Positions 48,541 to 58,616 of a stretch of DNA of 64,000 nucleotides are shown piece by piece. The stretch is taken from NCBI GenBank assembly GCA_963804085.1, contig CAWDOQ010000010.1:64001-128000 (forward strand). Direction: 5' to 3'. The notes under the pieces were generated by a model. That model was given only the letters and a program-made list of their open reading frames with translations, had not been told where the DNA came from and searched no databases. Each line of letters starts with the position of its first letter. Positions within the stretch are counted from its first letter, which is position 1. Both the position numbers and the translations under genes were made by a program. The stretch comes from Chlamydiia bacterium. Its GTDB lineage: Bacteria; Chlamydiota; Chlamydiia; Chlamydiales; Rhabdochlamydiaceae.

Positions 48541-49926
48541 ATGGGAAAAATGCCTAATATCAAGGCTCTACTGCTCATGGCGGGTAGTGGGGCGCGTTTT
48601 AAAAGTAGCTTACCCAAGCAGTTCCACCGCATTGGCGGTAAGAAGATCTACTTGCATACGCTCGAACGTTTTTTGGCCGTCTCTCTTTTTGACGAGATTC
48701 TGTTGGTCTGCTCTGAGGAGTGGCAAAGAGAAGTGGAGGCCGACATCGCCGCCTATAAAACTGATAAGATACGTGTTGTGTGCGGCGGCAAAACGCGCCA
48801 AGAATCCTCCTACTTGGGTCTTTTGGCTTGTGGAAGTGATACGGATTATGTGGTAATCCACGATGCGGTCCGTCCCTTTGTGAGCGTTCGCATTTTGGAA
48901 GAGAATGTAGAAGCGGTGCTAGCGCACCTTGCAGTTGATACCTGCATCCCTTCGGCAGACACTCTTGTCCACTCTCCTTCAGGAAAAGAGATCGCCTCGA
49001 TCCCCACGCGCAGCCACTACTTGCGCGGACAGACGCCACAGAGCTTTTCCTATCCCCTCATTTTAGGCGCGCATCAAAATGCCCTGCAAAAAAAGATCAC
49101 AGCCTCTGACGACTGCTCTCTGGTCCTGGCCGACAATGCGCCAGTCCACATCATAGAGGGCGAAGAGGAGAACATCAAGATCACGAGCGAGCTGGATCTC
49201 TTTATCGGCGAGCAGCTCTTGCGCTCTTCTGCACACGCCTTTTCGCTCTCACAAAAGCAGGAGCCCGTCTCATTAAAAGGCAAAACGTTTGCAATAACGG
49301 GCGGTACGGGAGAGATCGGCCAGGCCATTGCGGCGCGCTTAAAAGAGGAGGGAGCGACAGCTGTTCTGCTCTCTAGGAGCGCCGAGCCTTTTTCAGTCGA
49401 TCTCACCTCCTTTTCTGAGACAGAGGCAATATTTAATAAACTCTACGCTCTATATGGTCCAATAGACGGTCTCATCAACTGCATCGGCAAACTAAAGCGC
49501 AAATCACTTGGGGATTTGACCTCTCAAGAGATCGAAGAGCTGATCAGCGTCAACTTAACAGGGGTGGTCTTCGCCTGCAAATGCGCCAAGATTAAAGAGG
49601 GAGGAGATCTCATCAATATCGCCTCTTCTGCCTATTCTCGCGGAAGAAAGGATTTTGCCCTCTACTCTGCCGCAAAAGCAGCTGTCGTGAACTTCACTCA
49701 GGCGCTCGCAGAAGAGCGATCCGATCTATGCGTCACGGCTCTTGCACCGCAACGGACAGACACACGCCTGCGAAGAGAGCAGTTCCCACAAGAGGATCCG
49801 AAGGCTCTTTTAACAACTAGTGAAGTCGCAGATGTGATTTTAAAGTTACTAAAAGAAAAGGGCCCCACAGGAGCCCTTATTGAAATTAGGAATTACTTCG
49901 TTTCTAATACCGCAGGATGGCAGTAA
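48541..49926 (+). CDS. Bifunctional IspD/TarI cytidylyltransferase-SDR reductase (Bcs1-like)
   Basis: AGSGARF...PKQF, IHDAVRPF, QTPQ, NIKIT; then TGGTGEIG and YSAAK. Confidence 0.88.
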   Translation: MGKMPNIKALLLMAGSGARFKSSLPKQFHRIGGKKIYLHTLERFLAVSLFDEILLVCSEEWQREVEADIAAYKTDKIRVVCGGKTRQESSYLGLLACGSDTDYVVIHDAVRPFVSVRILEENVEAVLAHLAVDTCIPSADTLVHSPSGKEIASIPTRSHYLRGQTPQSFSYPLILGAHQNALQKKITASDDCSLVLADNAPVHIIEGEEENIKITSELDLFIGEQLLRSSAHAFSLSQKQEPVSLKGKTFAITGGTGEIGQAIAARLKEEGATAVLLSRSAEPFSVDLTSFSETEAIFNKLYALYGPIDGLINCIGKLKRKSLGDLTSQEIEELISVNLTGVVFACKCAKIKEGGDLINIASSAYSRGRKDFALYSAAKAAVVNFTQALAEERSDLCVTALAPQRTDTRLRREQFPQEDPKALLTTSEVADVILKLLKEKGPTGALIEIRNYFVSNTAGWQ

Positions 49927-50324
49927 TACTTCTCGCTTCTAATGACACGTGAACCGATGTTATAAACCAGCGCTTCAAATGAGAAAACTGCAGTCTCCAA
50001 ACAAGCGATCGAACCGAAGAACATAGTGTCTAGGCAGCTGTTCGTTCTCTTTGTATGGAAATCGCAGCACATCGCCATTTTTAAAATCGCTGCGAGCATA
50101 GCAAGAGGAAGACGCACAACGGCCTCAACGATTGCTACTAGTCCAGTGATAAGATAGATAGGCTCTGCAATGATTCTGCGGGTCCAGTTAGTGCAGCAAG
50201 CGTGGACAGGTTTTGTACCTGCTTTATTCATAGGCGCATTGCGGAAATCGTTCAAATTTTCTGCGCAAAAGGCTGTTAATGATGTCCAGATGTAGGCACA
50301 CTCGTTTGGTTTAATTTGACTCAT
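49893..50324 (-). CDS. Small hydrophobic Inc-like protein, paralog 3
   Basis: AEPIYLITGLVAIVEAVVR; ALVYN. Confidence 0.6.
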   Translation of the reverse strand: MSQIKPNECAYIWTSLTAFCAENLNDFRNAPMNKAGTKPVHACCTNWTRRIIAEPIYLITGLVAIVEAVVRLPLAMLAAILKMAMCCDFHTKRTNSCLDTMFFGSIACLETAVFSFEALVYNIGSRVIRSEKYYCHPAVLETK

Positions 50325-50340
50325 TTTCTTCTCCTTTTAT

Positions 50341-50805
50341 TTAAGATTTAAGTTCAACTTGTTCAGGGGGTTTAGCGGGTTCCGGACTGCAAGGCAAAAG
50401 ATCCTTGTCATAGTCCAGAGTCTCTTTGGTCAAATTCTGTACGAGTGCATACACATCGGTCAGCGTATTGCAAGCTGTTCGAAGTCCGGTATAAGCAAAG
50501 GTCCAAAATAGCATAGGAATGTCTTGCGGTATCGTCTTGGTAAATGTGACTTCAAAACCATCCTTAATGCACAAAAAAGGAGTGCAAATTAACAAGAGCG
50601 TTGCAAAAACAAGACCGAGTACGATACGCACAACAGCTTCTACCAGCGATGCGACTGCGAGCAAAAGAAAGCCAGCCTCTGCAAGAGTCCAGTGGCAGCT
50701 TCCTCTGTTTCTTGTTTCTGCCAAACAGAGCGTGGCTGATGCAGAGAGAGACTCTACGCAGCCATGTGTACCTTTTAGTTCTTTTGCAGGGATAAACATG
50801 CTCAT
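50341..50805 (-). CDS. Small hydrophobic Inc-like protein, paralog 2
   Basis: AEAGFLLLAVASLVEAVVR; ALVQN. Confidence 0.6.
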   Translation of the reverse strand: MSMFIPAKELKGTHGCVESLSASATLCLAETRNRGSCHWTLAEAGFLLLAVASLVEAVVRIVLGLVFATLLLICTPFLCIKDGFEVTFTKTIPQDIPMLFWTFAYTGLRTACNTLTDVYALVQNLTKETLDYDKDLLPCSPEPAKPPEQVELKS

Positions 50806-50814
50806 TTCCTTCTT

Positions 50815-51342
50815 TTATGATCCAATTTCATCTAGCTCTGTGTCAGACGCAAGCTCAACAGGTGCTTTTTCTTCCGCTTTGGCTTCAGGTGCTGGAGCTT
50901 TATCTGAGACGCAGCAGTTGAAAAGTGCTCCAAATGTGAGATTAACTGACTTAAGCTTCTCGCCACCTTTACGTGGGTTTTGGACAAGCGCTACTAAGTT
51001 GACAAACACTTGGTTAGCATTCACTCCCGTCGTATAACCAGCTATCACCGTAAAGAGAAGCAGCTCGTTTTCATTCGTATCTAAAATATCTGTCCACTCT
51101 TCTGAGCGGCATGCGAGAAAGGGGGCGGTGACAACACAGAGAGCGGCAAGAACAACAGTGACCGCTGCGCGAAAGACTGTCTCTACAGCTGCGGCAAGGG
51201 CAAGCAGCCCATAGCCAAGCTCGGCCGTCGCCAATCTGCACCAGCCACTTCCCGATCGATTTCTATATTTTGTTACAGACTCTGTGCCAATGCCCGACAG
51301 AGATAAAACATAGTCATTATTCTTTACTGGGGGTACAGCCAT
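50815..51342 (-). CDS. Small hydrophobic Inc-like protein, paralog 1
   Basis: AELGYGLLALAAAVETVFR; ALVQN. Confidence 0.6.
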   Translation of the reverse strand: MAVPPVKNNDYVLSLSGIGTESVTKYRNRSGSGWCRLATAELGYGLLALAAAVETVFRAAVTVVLAALCVVTAPFLACRSEEWTDILDTNENELLLFTVIAGYTTGVNANQVFVNLVALVQNPRKGGEKLKSVNLTFGALFNCCVSDKAPAPEAKAEEKAPVELASDTELDEIGS

Positions 51343-51463
51343 ACAATCCTCCGATCTTACAAATTTTGAATGCGATAATTCTATCAGAGGTGGCGATTAG
51401 TGCAAAAACAATAATTAAAAAATATAAGGCAATTACGGAGCAAATACTGTAATAAAATATTTA

Positions 51464-52024
51464 CTAGAATCTGCGCGAGCAGTGCAGTGCCACGCCATCT
51501 TTGGTAACAGCGGGGTAGACGTGTGTTTTGGCATGATAAGGCTTTGTGAAGATAAAGCTGTAGATGAAGCCGATGGCAGCACCTGCGATCACATCATGCA
51601 CCCAGTGCACCTTGGATTGGACACGCGAGTAGCCGACTACCACTGCACCCGCATAGGCAGGAAGCGAATACCAGCTTCCATAGCGCCACTGCACATAGCT
51701 TGCGCCGCAAAAAGCAGCTGCTGTGTGCCCAGAGGGAAAGGAGTGGTGTCCTTTTCCGGATGGGCGTTTAGAGTTGATAGAACACTTCAAGATGATGACA
51801 GTTGCAGCAGTAGCCGCCCCAGCTTCTAAGAACTGGAGCGCTCCCTTGTAATCTTTGAGTCCGAGCGTTGCGGACATGGCAGCTGCAGGGATCGCCACTT
51901 GACCGATGTCTCCCGCGATTTTTAATCCTTTGTTCGTGCCTTTATACTTACGGGACTTGGACGCATGGGCATGGCAATGCAGAAGACAAATCAAAGAGAG
52001 TGCGATCACCCAAATTTTCGGCAT
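51464..52024 (-). CDS. PAP2-family phosphatase (LpxE-like)
   Basis: K...RP, SFPSGH, SR....H...D. Confidence 0.88.
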   Translation of the reverse strand: MPKIWVIALSLICLLHCHAHASKSRKYKGTNKGLKIAGDIGQVAIPAAAMSATLGLKDYKGALQFLEAGAATAATVIILKCSINSKRPSGKGHHSFPSGHTAAAFCGASYVQWRYGSWYSLPAYAGAVVVGYSRVQSKVHWVHDVIAGAAIGFIYSFIFTKPYHAKTHVYPAVTKDGVALHCSRRF

Positions 52025-52092
52025 AATTTAAACCGTAAAAGTAATACAATTTGCGATTGTTGCAAATCGAAGAAAACTATTCCAGTATGTAT

Positions 52093-53214
52093 ATGCACCG
52101 CCTTCTCCCTCTTCTTTTCTTCTTAGCAACTCCTCTTTTTGCCACTCATGTTTTATTCGATACAGATGAACTCGATGCTGACAAAAAGGCTTTGATTTTT
52201 GATCTGATCATGGTGCATGAACCACCCCGCTCGCTGCCATGCATCGATCTTGAGCAAATGGCGCATCTCGAGTGGATCGCTCCCACTGCATGGCAAATAG
52301 GTGTCTTGCACGCCTTTTTTCATGATCCTGCGATACGAGAAACCATTTTGGCATCTGCAGAGCTCGAACCCCTGACCTATGATGCTGCAGTGCATAGATG
52401 CTTGCCTCACGCTGAAAATATTGGGGAGATCCAGAGGCTCTTCGATGCCGAGTCACAAACTCTACCCAACCTTAGCACCCTCTTTTTTCAGATCAACAAA
52501 TCGATAGCAGAATTATATGAACGAGCAGAAAGATCCGATTTGGAGATGGTGCGTCTTGCTCTTTCCGAGCTTCCTCCCTTTGTCGAATGGCGGGAAAGAG
52601 GGTTCCCATTCTGGAATTCGCCGTGGATTTACAACCAAAATTCTGCGGCGATCTTCTATAGCGCACTAATGGATGAAAAGCTATTGAGCAAAGTTATCGA
52701 AATCGAACATCTAGCCCACGAGCAAGGCGAGTGGGTGTTATACCGAGGTTATTCCGGATCAGGCTATCCCACAACACTCCAAGCGGGTGGAAACGGAAGC
52801 CACGCCCTCTCCTTTGGCTCGACATTGCTTGGCGGCACATTTTTTTCACTCGAAGCATCGGCTTTAACCTACGCCGAACCCCACACAGACCAAGGAGAGT
52901 GGAGCTTCCTCGCACTAAGAGTCACGCTTGATGAGATGCAAGAGCTCTTTCGTGTAGGTCCCCTGCACCCCTTCCTTCAACTCTTAGTCGATGGCGAGAT
53001 GTTCCACGCTCACACAAAAATCGCAGCAGTTACGTCCGCCGACTTTAGAACAAAGCCCCTCGATGGCTACTTCATGGCCTGCAACCGCCACTGCCTAGAT
53101 CCAATCGGGTACATCCTGGCATTAAAAATGACTCCGCAAGAGCTGGAAGAAAAGTTCCAGACCCTCTGCCAAAAATCCGGCACGATTTTGAAGAACCAAG
53201 ACGCTAATCTTTGA
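52093..53214 (+). CDS. Hypothetical exported protein
   Basis: Signal peptide MHRLLPLLFFLATPLFA; long ORF. Confidence 0.65.
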   Translation: MHRLLPLLFFLATPLFATHVLFDTDELDADKKALIFDLIMVHEPPRSLPCIDLEQMAHLEWIAPTAWQIGVLHAFFHDPAIRETILASAELEPLTYDAAVHRCLPHAENIGEIQRLFDAESQTLPNLSTLFFQINKSIAELYERAERSDLEMVRLALSELPPFVEWRERGFPFWNSPWIYNQNSAAIFYSALMDEKLLSKVIEIEHLAHEQGEWVLYRGYSGSGYPTTLQAGGNGSHALSFGSTLLGGTFFSLEASALTYAEPHTDQGEWSFLALRVTLDEMQELFRVGPLHPFLQLLVDGEMFHAHTKIAAVTSADFRTKPLDGYFMACNRHCLDPIGYILALKMTPQELEEKFQTLCQKSGTILKNQDANL

Positions 53215-54331
53215 AGCCAAGCCGGTATTGAATAGCAAAAACTGCTACAAAAACCAGAACTACTCCTGACATGATTGCCATTGGGGAAAGAGGGTAGGAG
53301 TAAAATAAAGCTAATATGGCAAAGATGCCTCCCAGATATACCCCTTTTCGGATTTTCAATTTGGGTATAGCGATGTGATGGAGAAGAGCAAAGGAAGCAA
53401 GGCATAAAATGAGCGAAAAACAGAATGTGTTTTTTAGATTCTGGTCTATCTGCGTATTGGATATGAAATTTTGTGCGCAAACACCAATAATCATCAAACT
53501 GTTAATCAAGGGAATATGACTGTAGATATAGGGCTGTCCGGAACCTAGTGTGCACTTATAGTCAGATACTTGAGTAATCGCGTAATACTGCCCCCAAATT
53601 AAGATTGCTAATGCAAATGCCATGATACTGGTTACCACAGATCCGGGATGCCAACTTGCCGATTTCAGACCAAACACGACAGAAGCGATAAGTTGTCCCA
53701 AGATAATCACAGTGAACGACCCAAATCGTTCCGGGATATACGTAGTGTCAAGCGGCGCTTTCGATAGAACTCTCTTTCTGCCAACCCACGGAAAGATGAG
53801 GTAAATAGACATGCCTAAGGTCCACAAAATAAACTTGTTCGGCGGATCTAAAAATAAGGAAACGATCCAACAAATTGTTCCCAATCCAAATCCACCGATA
53901 TAAAAATGCATCATGTTTTTCGGAGCGCTCTTGTCATAAAGAGGTCTTAAATAGAGAACAAGCAGTGAAATTTGCGAAATTATAAAGCCAATGGAGAACC
54001 CGGTTCCACCGGTTTCCAGCGCTGCAGGAATGTGTATAGCCATGACTGCGCCCGAAAACATGATAACGAATGTCATCAGCCAGTGAATAGCATCGTTATT
54101 ATCAAAACGCGCTGCAAATACAGTATAACTCACCCAGCTCCACATGCAAGGGACGAGCAGAGCAGCACATTGCAAGAGTCCTATAACGGTGAAATTATTT
54201 GACAGCCTGTCTGAAAGCTGCACCACAATCACAGCAAAGATCAGATCAAAAAATATTTCCAGCCATGTCGTATGCCTCTCCCTTGATTCGTCGGGCAATC
54301 TCAGTAACGTGGGACGTATAAAGCGTGCCAT
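53204..54331 (-). CDS. ltrA: Low temperature requirement protein A family
   Basis: TWLEIFFDLIF, ERFGSFTVIILG, YSHIP. Confidence 0.85.
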   Translation of the reverse strand: MARFIRPTLLRLPDESRERHTTWLEIFFDLIFAVIVVQLSDRLSNNFTVIGLLQCAALLVPCMWSWVSYTVFAARFDNNDAIHWLMTFVIMFSGAVMAIHIPAALETGGTGFSIGFIISQISLLVLYLRPLYDKSAPKNMMHFYIGGFGLGTICWIVSLFLDPPNKFILWTLGMSIYLIFPWVGRKRVLSKAPLDTTYIPERFGSFTVIILGQLIASVVFGLKSASWHPGSVVTSIMAFALAILIWGQYYAITQVSDYKCTLGSGQPYIYSHIPLINSLMIIGVCAQNFISNTQIDQNLKNTFCFSLILCLASFALLHHIAIPKLKIRKGVYLGGIFAILALFYSYPLSPMAIMSGVVLVFVAVFAIQYRLGFKD

Positions 54332-54337
54332 GAATTC

Positions 54338-55234
54338 CTATTGTAAAAGACGCATCCCTTCACGCAGAAGAGCTGGATCTTTTGCGTGATGCCCAAATAG
54401 AGCTAAATAAGTACAGCTAGAGATCGCTCGCAATTTGGCAAGCTCCCATGTCTCATTGGAAATGTTACCATAAGCCTGTTTAAATTTTGCATGTGCAGCA
54501 GGAGGTAGAAAGCTGTGCGCAATAGCAAGATCGATCGCAGGATCTCCATAATGCACATCGCCCCAATCGATCACTCCGCACAACTTGTGGTTCACGTCGA
54601 CAAGGAGATGCCTCACGTAAAAATCCCCATGCACAATTGCTGTAGCTGCAGGAGCTCTTGTCCTCTTTATACTTGCAAGACGCTCGAGTATTTCTTGCTT
54701 CTCTACAAGGCCTAGAAGCGCAAGCTCCTCGATATTTTTCTGAATCTTACTGTGTAGCTGCGCAGGATCGATACGACTTAAGTTATCGGCAGGGATGTGA
54801 CACGTAGCAATCAAAGACGAGGGCGTAGCATGCAAAATAGCTAAGAAGCGAGCGATCGGTTCCGCAAGAGAACTTCTCTCATCTTCTGAGAGGTTCATAT
54901 GACATGCAGTGAATCCCTGAAGCATTTTGTACCCGATGAATAACCAGGGAAAATCCCCGCTTGGCACTCCTTTCCATTCCGGTATGGGAATAGGAAAAGG
55001 AAGCCGCCGTCCGATCTTGGGTAAAAAACACCACTCTGCTTCCAAAAGAGGAAGGGCGACCTTTCTCCTGGGAAAACGAAAGATCCACTCCTCATTGATT
55101 ACAAAAGCCGTATTGTCCCATCCAGCCCCAAGCAACCGAATCTTTTCAGCATGAAGGTGTGGAAACTGCTCCTGCACTAGTTGCAGCGCAAGCGAAGGCT
55201 CGATAGTCTGTTCTGCTTCCCATTGATGCGGCAT
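54338..55234 (-). CDS. Aminoglycoside phosphotransferase (APH/ChoK) family
   Basis: GWDN, RFPRR, VHGDF, GVIDWGD, GDPAIDLA. Confidence 0.88.
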   Translation of the reverse strand: MPHQWEAEQTIEPSLALQLVQEQFPHLHAEKIRLLGAGWDNTAFVINEEWIFRFPRRKVALPLLEAEWCFLPKIGRRLPFPIPIPEWKGVPSGDFPWLFIGYKMLQGFTACHMNLSEDERSSLAEPIARFLAILHATPSSLIATCHIPADNLSRIDPAQLHSKIQKNIEELALLGLVEKQEILERLASIKRTRAPAATAIVHGDFYVRHLLVDVNHKLCGVIDWGDVHYGDPAIDLAIAHSFLPPAAHAKFKQAYGNISNETWELAKLRAISSCTYLALFGHHAKDPALLREGMRLLQ

Positions 55235-55890
55235 TATTCCCTTCTCTTTTTCTCTGGCAAAGTGGTTTGGTACTTGATCTCATCAGGATTAGGAAAATGC
55301 TTTTGAGAATGTTTTAAAAGCGCCCAAATCAGAAAAATGGCAGGAATCTTTTTCTCATCAAGACGCTTGCCATCTATCAGCATCACTTCCCAATTCTGCA
55401 CATAGTAGTCGCGCCAAGAAGGCCAATAAGTTCCCGTAGGCATCCAGCTCCAGAGAGCAACAGCAAGCGGTTTTTTATTTTTCCCATCGCGGAAGACGAA
55501 ACACTTGCCATCTCCTTCTGCTTGTACAATTACAAGAAGCTCCTCATTCGCAGATAAAATCTCGACCCATGTCGAGGAATGGAAAAAACCATCCGACTCA
55601 AGTCTTACATGAGCAATGCAAGTGCCGGCACAGTCAAAAAGCGAATCAAAGCGGTTGACCCAGAGCTTCTCCCCTTGCTCGTTATAAAAATCGAATACGC
55701 CATAGTCGCTGCTTAAGATAGTGCCTAGATGCTTTCCTTCTTCAGCCACACGAAACGCACGCAGAGCACGATCTTGCGTAACATGAAAGTGATCAGGACA
55801 CTCAAGATCGACAGATGCTGCCTTTTCAGCAGACTGGAGGCTAGCAATAAGACTGCCCAGCACTAAAAGATATGCGTAAATTCTACTCAT
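55234..55890 (-). CDS. Hypothetical exported protein
   Basis: Signal peptide; beta-rich, no recognised family. Confidence 0.6.
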   Translation of the reverse strand: MSRIYAYLLVLGSLIASLQSAEKAASVDLECPDHFHVTQDRALRAFRVAEEGKHLGTILSSDYGVFDFYNEQGEKLWVNRFDSLFDCAGTCIAHVRLESDGFFHSSTWVEILSANEELLVIVQAEGDGKCFVFRDGKNKKPLAVALWSWMPTGTYWPSWRDYYVQNWEVMLIDGKRLDEKKIPAIFLIWALLKHSQKHFPNPDEIKYQTTLPEKKRRE

Positions 55891-55951
55891 TCTTCTTCAA
55901 CTTCATTTTCAACCAATTCCCCAGATGCCCAATTATCATATCACTATATGG

Positions 55952-56013
55952 TTGAAAAAATAAGAAAAAGATGATATACAACAAATTGTTGTGACAAAAC
56001 AACAAAACGTTGT
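55952..56013 (+). promoter_or_regulatory. Promoter plus two palindromic operators
   Basis: TTGAAA-17 nt-TATACA; ACAAC-N5-GTTGT at 55978-55992 and 55999-56013. Confidence 0.65.
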
Positions 56014-56019
56014 GGATAT

Positions 56020-56625
56020 ATGCCATCTATTTTGAAGCTTTTTGCTAACCCGACGCTTCCTGCCATTCTCAGCTTATTTTTGCTGAATCCGGATGAAGAA
56101 TTATACCAATCGGATATCGCCAAGAGAATTGATAAAGCGTTAATGCAAGTTCAAAGAGCGCTAAAGACTCTCGAAGAGATTGGCCTTGTTACGATCACTC
56201 GCCGGGGCAAAATGGTATATTACAAAGCAAGAAGAGATCACCCTGCTTTTGCCGATCTTAGACACCTCTTTTTGAAGACTATCGTTTTTGAGAACACCAT
56301 CCTCAAAACACTTCATCCTTATCGAGACAAAATCGACTTTGCCTTCATTTTTGGCTCCTATGCAACAGGAGAAGAGTCCTCAAGCAGTGACATCGATCTT
56401 TTCTTGGTTTGTAACATCTCTCTGCGAGAGCTGTCAAAAGTGTTAAGTCCTCTTTCAGAAAAATTACAACGAGAGCTGAACCCGGTAATCATCGGACAAA
56501 AGGAGTTTAAAAAAAGAATTTTAGGAAAAGACCATTTCGTGCTAAAAGTCATTAGCTCTCCAAAAATTTGGATCATCGGCAATGAAAGCAACTTTGAACG
56601 ACTGGTTAAAAGAGGAAAAGCTTAA
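56020..56625 (+). CDS. wHTH plus minimal nucleotidyltransferase (MNT antitoxin-like)
   Basis: N-terminal HTH; IFGSYATG...SDIDL. Confidence 0.88.
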   Translation: MPSILKLFANPTLPAILSLFLLNPDEELYQSDIAKRIDKALMQVQRALKTLEEIGLVTITRRGKMVYYKARRDHPAFADLRHLFLKTIVFENTILKTLHPYRDKIDFAFIFGSYATGEESSSSDIDLFLVCNISLRELSKVLSPLSEKLQRELNPVIIGQKEFKKRILGKDHFVLKVISSPKIWIIGNESNFERLVKRGKA

Positions 56626-56630
56626 GAATA

Positions 56631-57803
56631 TCAGCGGAGGGAACAAGCAGAGAAACAGATGCTGCAAATGCCGCTTTTTAGATAGAAATCGGTAGCTATC
56701 TTCCAGAGCCGCGCTGCAGAGGCCGCAGGATCTATGGCAAGCGTTGCGAAATTGGGTTCGTGAATGAAGTGCTCTCCTGTCCCCGTCTTGATATAAACAA
56801 TGGCGTGACCAGCATGAGTATCTGGTGATAAACCCACATGATAAGTTCCGTGCGGTAATGTGTTTACGATCTTTTCAAATTCTAGGAACGCATCTTCATT
56901 TGGTTCTTCACAGACATAGATAGACACCATGTGTGACGTACAACCAAAAGTGTTTACCATAATCTCATCCTGCATCTCTTCCACTTGAGCTCTAATTGTA
57001 AACGTATCTCTAATAGTTTCCGTTCGGAGGTTTTGCATTTTTTTCGCCAGTTGATCTTGCAAGTTTGTCAGTTGCTCCGGCATCTCCCTGTGGCCCAATC
57101 CTTTAATCCTGTGTTGTTCAGCTTTAAGCCAACTTTGCACTTCATCATTTTTGGCATTAAAGTTTGGTTCCAAAGCAGCCTTTTCGGTTGCAAGAAGAGA
57201 AGAGGTGTCCAGAGCTGCGTAGAAGGTTTGAGCAAGCTGAGCTTCATCGGGAGCACCATCTACGTAACGACCGGCGATTGCTTTCACAGCTTGTAGCGGC
57301 GTTTTTCCAGATCGAACTTCTGTGAGATAGTGGGAGATAAAATCGAGACTCATGCCGAAGCAGCACCCATCAGACGCCATCTCTCTTCTGGAAAGACGAG
57401 CTTTATCAAGCGGTATCTTTGCTGTTCCTATCTGCGACCAGCGATCGATCGCCGCGTCTCCATAGATATTTCTGAGTGCCTCGTTTTCGGTAGTGTGATT
57501 CGGAAGAAGCTCTTTGACTCTTGTTGAGGAGTTAATACAAAAATCGACAACTTCACTTCCAAAGCTTAGATAGGCGCCCAATTGATTGACTGCTCGATTC
57601 GTTTGATAGCTTGCCCAAGAGGCGTAATGGTGAGAAACTGCAGAACTGACTACCCAGCTACAGAGTGAGAGGATTTCATAAAAAAGCGCAAGGCACAGCC
57701 TGCTTATCGAATCTGCAACCACTCGGATACACTGGAAATCCCTATCGCAAAAAGCGTTGGAACTTCTTACATCGGCTACATTTGCTACTGCACCTAAAGA
57801 CAT
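56631..57803 (-). CDS. Putative YopT/C58-like cysteine protease effector
   Basis: GCCFGMS, GHAIVY, FIHEPN. Confidence 0.6.
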   Translation of the reverse strand: MSLGAVANVADVRSSNAFCDRDFQCIRVVADSISRLCLALFYEILSLCSWVVSSAVSHHYASWASYQTNRAVNQLGAYLSFGSEVVDFCINSSTRVKELLPNHTTENEALRNIYGDAAIDRWSQIGTAKIPLDKARLSRREMASDGCCFGMSLDFISHYLTEVRSGKTPLQAVKAIAGRYVDGAPDEAQLAQTFYAALDTSSLLATEKAALEPNFNAKNDEVQSWLKAEQHRIKGLGHREMPEQLTNLQDQLAKKMQNLRTETIRDTFTIRAQVEEMQDEIMVNTFGCTSHMVSIYVCEEPNEDAFLEFEKIVNTLPHGTYHVGLSPDTHAGHAIVYIKTGTGEHFIHEPNFATLAIDPAASAARLWKIATDFYLKSGICSICFSACSLR

Positions 57804-57921
57804 GAAAGCACTCTGTTAAATTAATATCATATAATTATACATTAATTACTAAATTGATAATAGAACTATATATGTATTATTAAAATATTTAATTGATTGA
57901 ATTGTCTCTACGAAGGGCTCA

Positions 57922-58542
57922 TTAATCACTTTCCATAGGAGAGCTTTGCGAAAAGGTGAGCCGCAATTCTTGACTATTCTGGGAAGAATCATCTGGTTTT
58001 GATCTCTTTGCATTGGAAAGCTGAGACTTTCCAATCACCCTCTCAAGATCGATTGTAGAAACTTTGTCGATTTCTGCCATTTTTTCATTTTGAGAGCAAG
58101 CAATGTGATAACAAGACACCACCCGTCTCGGCAATGCATCCATGCTAGGAAGAGTTTCATACACCAGATTCTCATATTCAGACAGTCTCGCCCGACTAAA
58201 AGTCGTGGATGGTAAAAGCAGAGATAGAATTGTAACAGAGGTCCAACTGCTTTTTGGTAAACCGCTGCTCATTTGTAAGCGCTGCGTGTGAATCACAACA
58301 GAGCAGATCTTCTGTATCGAATCTTGAAATAGACCAGGATAGCCTAACGCGGTAGAGAGCACAGCGATACCGCCCACAATTGTCTTAATATCTTTTGGAT
58401 CAAAAGTCGTTCCGTGAGAGACTTCACTCTGCCAGCCAGAAATGCTTGCCTCGACTATGCCCCTCATCTCCTCATCGGTATCATTCCAATAATATTGTTT
58501 GATGATTCCCACCCATTTTGCACCCGATGCTTCTACACTCAT
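57922..58542 (-). CDS. Hypothetical protein
   Basis: 206-aa ORF with GGAGG RBS. Confidence 0.6.
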   Translation of the reverse strand: MSVEASGAKWVGIIKQYYWNDTDEEMRGIVEASISGWQSEVSHGTTFDPKDIKTIVGGIAVLSTALGYPGLFQDSIQKICSVVIHTQRLQMSSGLPKSSWTSVTILSLLLPSTTFSRARLSEYENLVYETLPSMDALPRRVVSCYHIACSQNEKMAEIDKVSTIDLERVIGKSQLSNAKRSKPDDSSQNSQELRLTFSQSSPMESD

Positions 58543-58616
58543 AGCTACCTCCCAAAATGAGGTGACATGATATCAGACGCAAAAAATAAAAGGATCTTTT
58601 TCTCATCCGGCGACTA

